Shown here: positions 44,255 to 53,515 of the stretch, in pieces
Position numbering within the stretch: the stretch's first letter is position 1
Layout of the letters: each line of letters opens with the position of its first letter
DNA from: Candidatus Rariloculaceae bacterium
GTDB lineage: Bacteria; Pseudomonadota; Gammaproteobacteria; Steroidobacterales; Rariloculaceae
Reading direction: 5' to 3'
Length of the DNA: 64,000 nt
Assembly: GCA_045561055.1 (NCBI GenBank)
Contig: JBJKYL010000013.1
Span: forward strand, 64,495-128,494
The notes under the pieces: generated by a model
What the model was told of the DNA's origin: nothing
The model's input: the letters and a program-made list of their open reading frames with translations, nothing else
Database searches by the model: none
Translations under genes and position numbers: made by a program

Positions 44255-45322
44255 GTGTCTGATAAATACAATATTCTTTTCCTTGGTGCTTCATACGGTT
44301 CGTTGTTTGCAGCGAAAGCCGCGCTCGCGGGCCATTCGGCTCACTTGATTTGTCTTCCGGAAGAGGTTGAGCTCATCAATAGTGAAGGTGCGGTTGTTCG
44401 TCTGCCGGTTCGCAGTATTGATTCGCCAGTGGAGCTCAATAGTAAGACAATGGTTGGTAGGGTCTCGGCGGGTGCTCCAGAAGATACCGATCCTGCTGAT
44501 TATGACCTGGTTGTTTTGGCTATGCAGGAGCCACAGTACCGGTTTCCCGCTGTGAAGGACCTACTTCAGAAGGTTGGTGCTGCGGCTAAACCGTGTATGT
44601 CGATAATGAATATGCCACCGCTCGCTTACTTAAAGCGAATTCCGAGCATAAATACGGATGTTCTCAGGGACTGCTATACAGATGCTTCTGTATGGGACAG
44701 TTTTAATCCAGCACTAATAACATTGTGTAGCCCGGATCCACAGGCATACCGGCCGCCGGACGAGAAATGTAATGTGCTTCAGGTAGGACTGCCGACCAAC
44801 TTCAAAGCGGCCCGTTTCGAGTCCGACGAACATACCGCGCTTCTCCGTCAGATCGAAGACGATATTCAAAACATTCGTTACGAAGTTGATGGTAATGAAG
44901 TCGAGTTGCCTGTGAAGCTACGTGTGCATGAGTCGTTATTTGTGCCACTTGCTAAATGGGCCATGCTTATGACCGGTAATTACCGCTGTGTGCAGGAAGA
45001 GAAGATGATTCCGATTAAGCAGGCCGTTCATTCCGATACAGAAGTGTCTGCCGAGATTTATAATCTGATTGCTGAGCTCTGCGTTAGTCTTGGCGGTGAT
45101 CGTAACGATCTCGTACCGTTCGAGAAATACGGGAATGCAGCGTTATCGTTACAGAAACCTTCATCGGCCGCGCGCGCATTGCTAGCTGGGGCGCCTTACA
45201 TTGAGCGCGTTGACAGACTTATACAGACGTTAGCGTCGGCCCAGGGGATGCGGTCGGCACACATTGATCGAACGGTAACGTTTGTCGATAGTTGGTTAGG
45301 TAAAAATAGAGCATCTGACTGA
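44255..45322 (+). CDS. Putative NAD(P)-binding oxidoreductase, ketopantoate-reductase (ApbA/PanE)-like fold; weak call
   Basis: GTG start. YNILFLGASYGSLFAAKAALAGHSAHLI resembles the GxGxxG-type start of ApbA-family reductases. The remainder I could not assign. Confidence 0.35.
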   Translation: MSDKYNILFLGASYGSLFAAKAALAGHSAHLICLPEEVELINSEGAVVRLPVRSIDSPVELNSKTMVGRVSAGAPEDTDPADYDLVVLAMQEPQYRFPAVKDLLQKVGAAAKPCMSIMNMPPLAYLKRIPSINTDVLRDCYTDASVWDSFNPALITLCSPDPQAYRPPDEKCNVLQVGLPTNFKAARFESDEHTALLRQIEDDIQNIRYEVDGNEVELPVKLRVHESLFVPLAKWAMLMTGNYRCVQEEKMIPIKQAVHSDTEVSAEIYNLIAELCVSLGGDRNDLVPFEKYGNAALSLQKPSSAARALLAGAPYIERVDRLIQTLASAQGMRSAHIDRTVTFVDSWLGKNRASD

Positions 45323-45496
45323 GTAACTTATTGTTGGCTATTGCTATATAAAACAGGCGATAGCTGTTTTCGATAATGTTTTGTGGATAGCTATTCCTAA
45401 TTAACGCTCCACTCGGGCGATTAAATCGAGACTCGTACGCATCTGTCTCGCGGACTCAGCTATTGAATTATCAGTTCGACGGCGGGTTCCTTTTCC

Positions 45497-46291
45497 TTAA
45501 TTTACATCTTCGTCAAGGAAACTTTCAAACGAGCTAAAATCTAGGTAGTCGCCCGAACAACTAATCTCGCTTAACTCCCAGTTTACAGGTGCAAGCCGAT
45601 AGTAAAGCGTCTCTGCAATCCATGGCTCGGCCAGCGCGATTGGGTCTTCCATTGTGATATCGATTTCGAGATTGAGATTGTCAATGCGGCGGAAAACTTC
45701 TGTTACTTTCAATTGGTCGCTGTGTTGGTAGCCAGAACGATCCATCCATGTTCTTTCGTCGATACCGACAGTCGTCACGATGAAGGTCGTATCGTTTTGC
45801 CATTCGCCTACTGAGTTTCCGAGCCACAGCATTACGGGGTCCTCTGGGCTCTCGCGCCCGTCCGTATAAATGCGTCGAATAGTGTGGTCGTACTCATAGA
45901 GTAGAATGGTCTCTTTTTCTGTGTAAACGACTTCGAAGGGATATGGATGGAAATAGACACGCGGTACCCCGGGTGGATAGCAGCGAGTAAGGACCGGATC
46001 GTTAGTTTCGCCCAATGCGAAGGCGCCCGCGTTAGAGTTTTTCGCCTGTTCAAAGAGTGTCTGTCCCCATTCCGTCAGAATCGGTGGCTCGGGTGTCCAG
46101 GTTGAGCCGCTACGGAAAGTCCCTTCAGGGCTGATTCTCGTCCAGACTCCAGTGAGATCACGAGCAGGCGCTGGACCGTCTACATGGGGGGTAACTGTCG
46201 TTGGAGATCCGGTACCGAACTGGGCGGAGCTGCCTTGGGAAAACCCAAGCGCCACTGCGGCTAGTAAAATCGTTATTGTTATTAGGCGCAT
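45497..46291 (-). CDS. Exported C-module-only protein, paralog C4
   Basis: Signal peptide MRLITITILLAAVALGFSQGSSA|QF. LTGVWTRIS, LTRCYPPGVP, LGNSVGEWQNDTTFIVTTVG, TEVFRRIDN, MEDPIALAEP and EISCSG. Confidence 0.75.
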   Translation of the reverse strand: MRLITITILLAAVALGFSQGSSAQFGTGSPTTVTPHVDGPAPARDLTGVWTRISPEGTFRSGSTWTPEPPILTEWGQTLFEQAKNSNAGAFALGETNDPVLTRCYPPGVPRVYFHPYPFEVVYTEKETILLYEYDHTIRRIYTDGRESPEDPVMLWLGNSVGEWQNDTTFIVTTVGIDERTWMDRSGYQHSDQLKVTEVFRRIDNLNLEIDITMEDPIALAEPWIAETLYYRLAPVNWELSEISCSGDYLDFSSFESFLDEDVN

Positions 46292-46425
46292 GCTATTAAC
46301 TCTCCGTAGCAGTAATTAGGTCTTTCTGGATTTGAGTCGCAGAGATGAGATATTCGTTGCATTTACAGAGATTGTAGCTACTACTCTAACGGGTGAGTAT
46401 GCCGATTTAGCTACGCTCATAAATA

Positions 46426-46851
46426 TTATCGTAACGAGTGTGTTCCGATGCTTTCACCAGTCGTCAGGTCGATTGATTCCCAAAGCGCGATGTTTTCACC
46501 ATTAGGCATGATTATTTCCCTAATATGAACCGCGTGACCGCCATTTCGGGCTTGGGCCCCACTGATACGAATTTTGCTTCCTGGTACGAGTGTGTTCTTT
46601 GTCCAGCCGCCTCGTGCTAGTTTATTCGGAGCGGTTAGCTCGCCCGACCAATGTTGAATTTCGCCATTTTCAAGGGTCACGTCGAAGTAAACCTGCGAAT
46701 GCGGGTTAATGAATTTGAACTCGGTAACAGTGGCATCGAGTTTTACCATGTGCTCGCCGTAGGCAGCTCTACCGTGATGGGCGAACGCCGCAGCACTAAT
46801 GAGCAACGCGGTGAAGCTAGCCGCAATTAGCAAAAATTTGTGATTAGTCAT
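46426..46851 (-). CDS. Exported N-module-only protein (His-His/NPH), paralog S3
   Basis: MTNHKFLLIAASFTALLISAAAFA|HHGRAAYGEHMVKLDATVTEFKFINPHSQVYFDVTLENGEIQHW...GSKIRISG; 141 aa. Lies 134 nt upstream of C4 on the same strand. Confidence 0.85.
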   Translation of the reverse strand: MTNHKFLLIAASFTALLISAAAFAHHGRAAYGEHMVKLDATVTEFKFINPHSQVYFDVTLENGEIQHWSGELTAPNKLARGGWTKNTLVPGSKIRISGAQARNGGHAVHIREIIMPNGENIALWESIDLTTGESIGTHSLR

Positions 46852-47140
46852 AAGTCCAAACTCCTTTAGTTATCTATTTTACTAAAGTTTCTGATGGTGT
46901 TCCAAGCGAGAGCTTAACCAGCTGCGTATTCTAAGTCAGGTCGACACCAGGCTTCCACTTTACCTGCTACTGGCTATTATGGTAGCTCAACAAGCCCTTC
47001 GTCACGATCTCTCAACACAAAATCGCCATGGATAGCCTCAAGGCTATTGTGTAATTGTTCCTATTGCTTTCGAGCAGGAAAGAGGATTTGTCTATAAAAG
47101 ACAGTAGCTTATCTTACGGGTTTCGCATCTTTTGTTGATG

Positions 47141-49033
47141 TTAGTAGGCCGCGGCGTAACAGTCACGGCGCGGGTCCGCGCCTGCAATGCGGGTCTTCGT
47201 ATTTGGATCGAGCATTACGATCGAAGCGCAGCCCGCTAGGCCAAGCGGTGGAGCTTGATATACCTCATGGCCCCTCGAAGCGAGATCACGCAATGTCGAA
47301 ATCGGCACGGTTGATTCGGCATTGAGCCGGTTGAAACCAGTATCGTGGGGCCAAAACGATTCGTAAAAATGTAGAGTCTGCACGCGCGGTAACGCGATCG
47401 CGTCGTGCATATTCGGATACCAGGCATCTTCGAACTCAACGATATTTAGGAAAGTCTGCAGAATAGTTTGTTCCTGGTTGTCGCCACCCGGGGTGCCAAT
47501 TGCCAAAAACGGTTCGCCGTCTCGCAACACGATACTTGGTGTAAGCGAATAACGTGGACGTGAACGCGGCCTGAGCTGCGCAGCTCTCGTCTCGTCTAGC
47601 CAAAACTGCTCTCCCCGGACACTTATCGCAATACCAGTAGCACCAAGTATTACGGAGCCGCCAATCCATCCGCCACTAGGCGTGCTATCGAACACATTAC
47701 CATCCTTATCGATGATCGCGATATGAGTTGTGTCTTTCCACGCGCTCGGATAGTCGAGACCTGCTAGGAGTTGATCGTCGTAGGGTTTCTTTACACCTGC
47801 GACCCAGAATTGCCAGTTGTTGACTTCATCGTCAAAACGGAGCGGGTTCCCAGCGATATGTGTCGTGGATGCTTTGTCCATGTCGATAAGTTGCGCGCGT
47901 TCTGCCGCATAGTCCTTCGAAAGTAAGCCCACGGCTGGTATTTCGACGAAGTCTGGGTCCGCGTAGTATGTATCGCGATCGGCATAGGCGAGTTTCATGG
48001 TTTCGACTATCGTGTGAATGTAGTCTGCGCTGTTATGCCCCATAGCCTGCAGATCAAAGTTTTCGAGGATGTTAAGCATCTGTAATAGTGAGGGGCCCTG
48101 GCTATTGAAAGATTGTTTGTAAACCGTATACCCCCGGTAAGTTGTGCTAGTCGGTTCTTCTACCCGTGCGTAGAATTCGGCAAAGTCAGCCATTTCGAAT
48201 GGTGTAGCATGGGATTTGAGGAATGCGGTCATTTCTGCGGCAATGTCCCCTTTATAGAATCGATCTCTGGCAGCAATTATCCCAGCTTCACGTCCTTTCG
48301 ATGATGCGGTACGCTCAGCCTCGATCATTCTCTGCAGCGTATATGCCAATGTGGGCATTTTGATGACTTCGCCGGCTACATAAGGTAGGCCGTTTGGTTT
48401 AAGCCAGAAGCTCTTATTGTCTGGCCATTGCTGAATAAATGCATATTCCCGCTGCAATGCCTGCGCCGTTCGTGGGATAAGTGCAAAGCCGTTCTCGGCA
48501 TATTCTATTGCTCGCGCTGCGACCGATTCGAAACTCATAGTCCCCCAACGTTCTAGTACCGTTAGTGCTCCGTGAATAGCACCCGGAACAACCGCCGGGT
48601 CGAGCCCCTCGCCATTTAACGTTTTGCCTCGTGCGCGATACCATTCGATCGTTGCCGCTTGTGCTGCCCAACCCTGTCCAGTGATCGAAGTAACTCGGCC
48701 CTCAGCTTTTGGATAGACGAGTACCAGAGCTTCTCCACCGAGACTGTAGAGGTCCTGTTCTACAACACCGCCGACGAGTAGTGCAGCGACACCCGCATCA
48801 AAGGCGTTGCCGCCGTCATGCAATACCTCTAGCGCTGCGGCTGTTGTTAACGGATGGCCCGCTGCGACGCCAGCGTTAGGTCCGAGGATAGGTGGCCGGA
48901 GTCCGTCTGGAACTGTGGTCACACGCTCAATGCGTACCTCAGGGGGAGGAATAGGGTCTGATGTCGTGCAGGACGAAAGAGGTCCGAAAAGCAGCGGTAG
49001 GAGTGCAGTGGTCAAAATCCAGCGTGTCATCAT
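47141..49033 (-). CDS. ggt: Gamma-glutamyltransferase family lipoprotein
   Basis: Lipobox LFGPLSSC. GGNAFDAGVAA. The autoprocessing/catalytic threonine context is DTTHIAIIDKDGNVF. Later GTPGGDNQ. 630 aa. Confidence 0.9.
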   Translation of the reverse strand: MMTRWILTTALLPLLFGPLSSCTTSDPIPPPEVRIERVTTVPDGLRPPILGPNAGVAAGHPLTTAAALEVLHDGGNAFDAGVAALLVGGVVEQDLYSLGGEALVLVYPKAEGRVTSITGQGWAAQAATIEWYRARGKTLNGEGLDPAVVPGAIHGALTVLERWGTMSFESVAARAIEYAENGFALIPRTAQALQREYAFIQQWPDNKSFWLKPNGLPYVAGEVIKMPTLAYTLQRMIEAERTASSKGREAGIIAARDRFYKGDIAAEMTAFLKSHATPFEMADFAEFYARVEEPTSTTYRGYTVYKQSFNSQGPSLLQMLNILENFDLQAMGHNSADYIHTIVETMKLAYADRDTYYADPDFVEIPAVGLLSKDYAAERAQLIDMDKASTTHIAGNPLRFDDEVNNWQFWVAGVKKPYDDQLLAGLDYPSAWKDTTHIAIIDKDGNVFDSTPSGGWIGGSVILGATGIAISVRGEQFWLDETRAAQLRPRSRPRYSLTPSIVLRDGEPFLAIGTPGGDNQEQTILQTFLNIVEFEDAWYPNMHDAIALPRVQTLHFYESFWPHDTGFNRLNAESTVPISTLRDLASRGHEVYQAPPLGLAGCASIVMLDPNTKTRIAGADPRRDCYAAAY

Positions 49034-49066
49034 GAAGATATCCTATATTATTGATTTTTAAATTAA

Positions 49067-49106
49067 ATATTGCCAAGCAATATAGATTCAGATGGTTGCC
49101 AGGCAA
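49067..49106. promoter_or_regulatory. Two related short palindromes (TTGCCA-N-GCAA core) in the ggt / DUF5916 divergent region
   Basis: ATATTGC-CAA-GCAATAT at 49067-49083 and TTGCC-A-GGCAA at 49096-49106, centres 26 bp apart. Candidate operator pair; no regulator assigned. Confidence 0.3.
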
Positions 49107-49316
49107 TAGTGAGGATAACAGAATGTTCGTGGTGTATAAGGGAGGACCGATGTTGTAAAATAAGCATAAGAAAGGTTGTCAGGATGACACACAATTAATT
49201 AAAGCTGTTTGCTTTTTATTACTGATAATTAATCTTTTTTGCCGGATATTTCTGGCAGACTGTTACTTAAATATCGCGTTCGCGATTGTCTCGGTTGGAA
49301 ACCGCTAGACTTTTTA

Positions 49317-51485
49317 ATGATTAGATTTATTTCACTTGTATTTGTGTTGCTAGTAGTGGCAACTCCCATTATTGCGCAGGACACATCTGGTCGCGCATTT
49401 TCTAGGGATAACAAACGTGCGGTGATTTCGCGCATAGCTACGGCACCAATTATCGATGGCGTATTGGACGATATGGTGTGGGCCCAGGTGATCCCTTTGG
49501 ACGATTTCCATCAATACGACCCCATCGACCATGCCGAACCAACAGAACGAATGCAGGTGTATCTCGCTTACGATGAAGATAACCTTTACGTAGCAGCAAG
49601 GATGTGGGATAGCGAACCGGACCAAATTCGAGCACTTCAACTGGCTCAGGGTGGCAGTGGGCGCTGGGATGATGGTTTTGCTATTTACCTAGACCCGTTT
49701 AACAACAAACGCACTGGATATTGGTTTCAAACTAACCCGAACGGCGTACGGGCCGATGGCTACTTTGAGAGCGCGACAACGTTGAATCGTGAATGGGAAG
49801 GCATTTGGTTTAATGGTGCGCGGATTAACGATGAAGGATGGGTTGCTGAGATGGCGATCCCATTCAAGACGTTAAACTTCGAGGTAAACAATACCGATTG
49901 GGGTTTTTCAGCTGAGAGAGTAATAGCCCGTAAACAAGAGCGTATTTCTTGGTCTTCCTATAACCGGGCGGTTGATCCGGGTTCAATTGGAGTAGTTTCA
50001 GGATTTTCAGATCTGCGTCAGGGCAGGGGGCTCGATATTGTTCCGTCGCTAGTTACTAGCGGGGCGAAAGACTTTAAGGCGGGGGTAAAAAAGAGCGATA
50101 CGGAGCCTGCGCTCGATGTGTTCTACAATTTCACACCTTCGCTTACCGGTGTGTTGACACTTAATACGGATTTCTCATCGACCGAAGTCGACGACCAACG
50201 CGTGAATCTAACGCGCTTCAGCCTGTTTTTTCCAGAAAAGCGAGATTTTTTCCTGCAGGACGTTGATATCTTTTCGTTCGGTGGGCTAGACCGTAACGCT
50301 ATACCCTTCCATTCTCGTCGAATTGGCCTAAGTTCCCGTGGGCAGCCAGTGGATATGGAGTTTGGCGCTAAAGTCACCGGTCGTGTTGGTCGCTTCAATA
50401 TCGGTGTGCTTGGGGTAGAGCAAGAAGGATTCGAGAATATAAATAGTAGCAATCTGTTCGTTGGAAGAATTGCGGCCAATGTGCTAAGTGAATCCAGCGT
50501 GGGTCTTATTATGACGGACGGCGATCCGCGAACGAACATGAGTAATTCAGTATTCGGTGCGGACTTTCGCTATCGGAATACGAACCTCCCTTCTGGCCAT
50601 AGCCTTGAGGGAGAGGCGTGGTATCAGAGTAGCGATACTCAAGGGGTGAAGACTGATCAGGATGCTTGGGGCATAAGATTAGAGTCTCCCAATAACGATG
50701 GTTTTTCAGGTGAGTTTGAATATCAACATATCGAAGAAAACTATAATCCGGCATTAGGCTTTGTTAATAGAAAAGGTATCGAAAATACGGATGTAAGCAT
50801 CGGTTATACGAATCGATTTACCAACCATCGTTGGCTTAGAGCCATTGAGAGCCAGATGATCTCCCGCAATTATGCTTTGATTTCGGGCGGTCTCGAGAGT
50901 CGCCTCGTTTTTATTGAGCCGTTCGAGCTAGAAACTAATAACGGTGATCAATTCGGAATGCAGCTTTCGTACGAACGTGAAGTTTTGCTTGAACCATTCG
51001 AAATATTTGACGGCGTCGTCATCCCGGTTGGGGATTACGAGTTTGCTCGTTTCGGATTCGAAGCAACGGGTGCTCAAGAGCGAGCTTTCGGGCCGATGTT
51101 CGAAATCACGAACGGAGAGTTTTTTAACGGGGATAGATCTGAGATTTCGGTTGGTGGGGAATGGCGGCCGAATAATAGGCTGCGATTCGGCCTCGGGTAT
51201 GAGTACAACGACATTGATCTGCTGGAAGGAAGCTTTATTACTCGGCAGATTCGGATTAACGTTGATTTCTCCTTTAACTCCCGATGGTCTTGGGCGAATC
51301 TCCTACAGTATGACAATGAATCAGGTTCTGCGGGAGTCAATAGTAGATTACGCTGGAATCCGCGTGCGGGCCAAGATCTTTTCATCGTGTTGAATCATGG
51401 CTTCAGTGCAATGAGGACATTCCGAGATCTCGCGTCGACGCAGTCTCAATTTTCTGTTAAGTACACCCAAACCTTCCGTTTCTAA
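49317..51485 (+). CDS. Outer-membrane protein with N-terminal CBM9-like domain and DUF5916-like beta-barrel
   Basis: ORF track starts at 49239. ATG 49317 gives MIRFISLVFVLLVVATPIIA|QD. IATAPIIDGVLDDMVWAQVIPLDDFHQYDP...LYVAARMWDSEP is CBM9-like. The C-terminus VKYTQTFRF ends in the aromatic OMP signature. Confidence 0.7.
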   Translation: MIRFISLVFVLLVVATPIIAQDTSGRAFSRDNKRAVISRIATAPIIDGVLDDMVWAQVIPLDDFHQYDPIDHAEPTERMQVYLAYDEDNLYVAARMWDSEPDQIRALQLAQGGSGRWDDGFAIYLDPFNNKRTGYWFQTNPNGVRADGYFESATTLNREWEGIWFNGARINDEGWVAEMAIPFKTLNFEVNNTDWGFSAERVIARKQERISWSSYNRAVDPGSIGVVSGFSDLRQGRGLDIVPSLVTSGAKDFKAGVKKSDTEPALDVFYNFTPSLTGVLTLNTDFSSTEVDDQRVNLTRFSLFFPEKRDFFLQDVDIFSFGGLDRNAIPFHSRRIGLSSRGQPVDMEFGAKVTGRVGRFNIGVLGVEQEGFENINSSNLFVGRIAANVLSESSVGLIMTDGDPRTNMSNSVFGADFRYRNTNLPSGHSLEGEAWYQSSDTQGVKTDQDAWGIRLESPNNDGFSGEFEYQHIEENYNPALGFVNRKGIENTDVSIGYTNRFTNHRWLRAIESQMISRNYALISGGLESRLVFIEPFELETNNGDQFGMQLSYEREVLLEPFEIFDGVVIPVGDYEFARFGFEATGAQERAFGPMFEITNGEFFNGDRSEISVGGEWRPNNRLRFGLGYEYNDIDLLEGSFITRQIRINVDFSFNSRWSWANLLQYDNESGSAGVNSRLRWNPRAGQDLFIVLNHGFSAMRTFRDLASTQSQFSVKYTQTFRF

Positions 51486-51630
51486 AGGACCGCGGTGTGC
51501 GGGAATGGTAGCTGTATCACTATTCTCTGTAGTTAAGAAAGGGATTTTTATCTGGACAAGAGTCCCATAATTTCCCTAAATACATAGTAGGCAACCGTGA
51601 CGAAACCGTCGAGCCTGAAAAATTATGTCT

Positions 51631-52587
51631 TTATCGGGCAAGCGCGCTACTTATCGCTTCGAGATTGCTACGTAGTATTTTTTGCAGGCCATCGTTGACC
51701 AGCAGACGGTTCTCGACGATGCCGGGATCAGCCGAGTTCAGTACGACCAGTATGGCTCCCGCGGCTTTGATGGCATTCTGAATTGCGTCGCTAGGTTCCC
51801 ACTTGTGGAGAACGACCTGAATATTCCGTTCTAGTAGGTGGCCGGTTAACCTGACTAGGTCTTCCTCGGTCCAGCGTATGTCCTGCTTAATGAAATAGCC
51901 GTCCACATACAGGCCCATATCATTAGTTAGGTAGACGAAGTCTCCAGTGAGGGCGAAGACTGTATCGTTACCGGCTTCGATAAGTTTTCCTTGGTACTCG
52001 TTACGCATATTGAGAAGTGACCGCTTCAAGTTATCTAGATTCGTTTGAATCGTGTTTATATGGTCAGGGAAAAGCTTAATTAGATCGTGCGCTATGTTAT
52101 CGGCCATACGTATCGAATTAGACACGCTAAGCCAGAAATAAGGAGCAACGATGGAGTTGATTGGATTCGTGTCAGTACCCCAGTCGACGTTTGAAACTGG
52201 TAAATCCGCTAGCCCGACTCCGGCTCGATTTAATGACCAGGGCAAGGCGGCATCAATATTCACGACGCGTATGTTGACGTCTCGAGCGAAACGATACAAC
52301 GGGTCTCCTGGGAGTACATTCGTGAGTGATATGACAGCAGTTGCGGTGGCAAAAGCACCTTCCAGACTACCCGTACGCCTCGCGATGTAATCTCTTAGTA
52401 TTGACATCTGCCGGCCGTCTTCAGGGACGTTGATTATCTCGATTGGAGTTTCACGCGTTAACGCAGTTGCCAGTGAATAGGTTGCCTGCATGCTGGTCAG
52501 AATCGTGTCGGCTGCCTGCACTTTTGCGGATAGCAAAATGAGAAGCGCTATAAATCCAGGGAATAATGTGATAGCTAATCTAATCAT
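51631..52587 (-). CDS. TroA/ZnuA-fold substrate-binding-protein paralog lacking the canonical metal ligands
   Basis: Signal peptide ...SAKVQA|ADTIL, and colinear with cluster A-I binding proteins. The ligand motifs are substituted: VPEDGRQ in place of DPHxYEP, APYFWLS in place of NPHxWL, LTGDFVYL in place of [HE]xAFxY. Last gene of the minus-strand metal operon. Confidence 0.55.
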   Translation of the reverse strand: MIRLAITLFPGFIALLILLSAKVQAADTILTSMQATYSLATALTRETPIEIINVPEDGRQMSILRDYIARRTGSLEGAFATATAVISLTNVLPGDPLYRFARDVNIRVVNIDAALPWSLNRAGVGLADLPVSNVDWGTDTNPINSIVAPYFWLSVSNSIRMADNIAHDLIKLFPDHINTIQTNLDNLKRSLLNMRNEYQGKLIEAGNDTVFALTGDFVYLTNDMGLYVDGYFIKQDIRWTEEDLVRLTGHLLERNIQVVLHKWEPSDAIQNAIKAAGAILVVLNSADPGIVENRLLVNDGLQKILRSNLEAISSALAR

Positions 52588-52605
52588 TGATATAGATGCT
52601 GAAAA

Positions 52606-53511
52606 CTACACGCTGGCTTCCCGGTAACGGGGGAGGACCATGCGGATGATCATTGTAACCACAAAGATCATCGCTGCCGTTAGGATGATAGCCCCACCCG
52701 ACGGTATCGGTAGATTCCATCGCATCGGTGCATAGATACCGATCAGGCAACTAGTAGTGGAAAAGATAATGCTCCAGGTGACGAATCCTCTAATCGTTCG
52801 ATTGAGATTGCGCGCGGCTGCAGCAGGAATAAGTAGTAGGGCTTCAACCAATACGGCACCTACAATTTTGACACAGGCAACAGTCAAGATCGTTATAAGT
52901 AATACGAACACATACTCTAGCAAGTGAACATTAATACCACGGACGTGCGCAAGACTTGGGTTAAGACTAGCCAGCAGCATTTGATTGTAGAGTGGTATAG
53001 CGATCGCAGCAGTAATAATTGCCGTCGCCATAAGGACGTTCATGTCAGTATCATTAACCGTGAGTATCGAGCCGAACATAACCGTGTCGAGTATATGCGT
53101 GTTCACTCGTGCCGAGACCCAGAGGAGCGCAGTGGCACCTATTGCCAGCGATATCGACAGGAAGACGCCTATCAACGTGTCCGTAGACATCTTCGTGCGA
53201 TTCTTAGAGAAGTTAAGAAATAGAGCGAACAGAATGCAAAAGCTGAACATTGAGAAATAAGGAGCTGTGTAGGATTCGCCTATGATCACACCGATAGCGA
53301 TACCAGTTAATGCCGCGTGACCAATGGCCTGAGAAAAAAACGCCATACGCTTGATTACTACCATTGTTCCGATGCCACCTAGAAGTGGTCCGATCAAAAG
53401 GGCACAGAGAAATCCGTTCGCGACGAACGCATAGCTGAACGTATAATGGATTACACCGTCGTTGGCTAGACCAATGACGAACTGGCGCAGTATTTCGTAT
53501 AGTGCTTCCAT
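52606..53511 (-). CDS. Metal ABC transporter permease (ABC-3, ZnuB/TroC-like)
   Basis: 301 aa with about 8-9 hydrophobic segments. FSQAIGHAALTGIAIG is typical of ABC-3 permeases. Confidence 0.85.
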   Translation of the reverse strand: MEALYEILRQFVIGLANDGVIHYTFSYAFVANGFLCALLIGPLLGGIGTMVVIKRMAFFSQAIGHAALTGIAIGVIIGESYTAPYFSMFSFCILFALFLNFSKNRTKMSTDTLIGVFLSISLAIGATALLWVSARVNTHILDTVMFGSILTVNDTDMNVLMATAIITAAIAIPLYNQMLLASLNPSLAHVRGINVHLLEYVFVLLITILTVACVKIVGAVLVEALLLIPAAAARNLNRTIRGFVTWSIIFSTTSCLIGIYAPMRWNLPIPSGGAIILTAAMIFVVTMIIRMVLPRYREASV

Positions 53512-53515
53512 CGTC

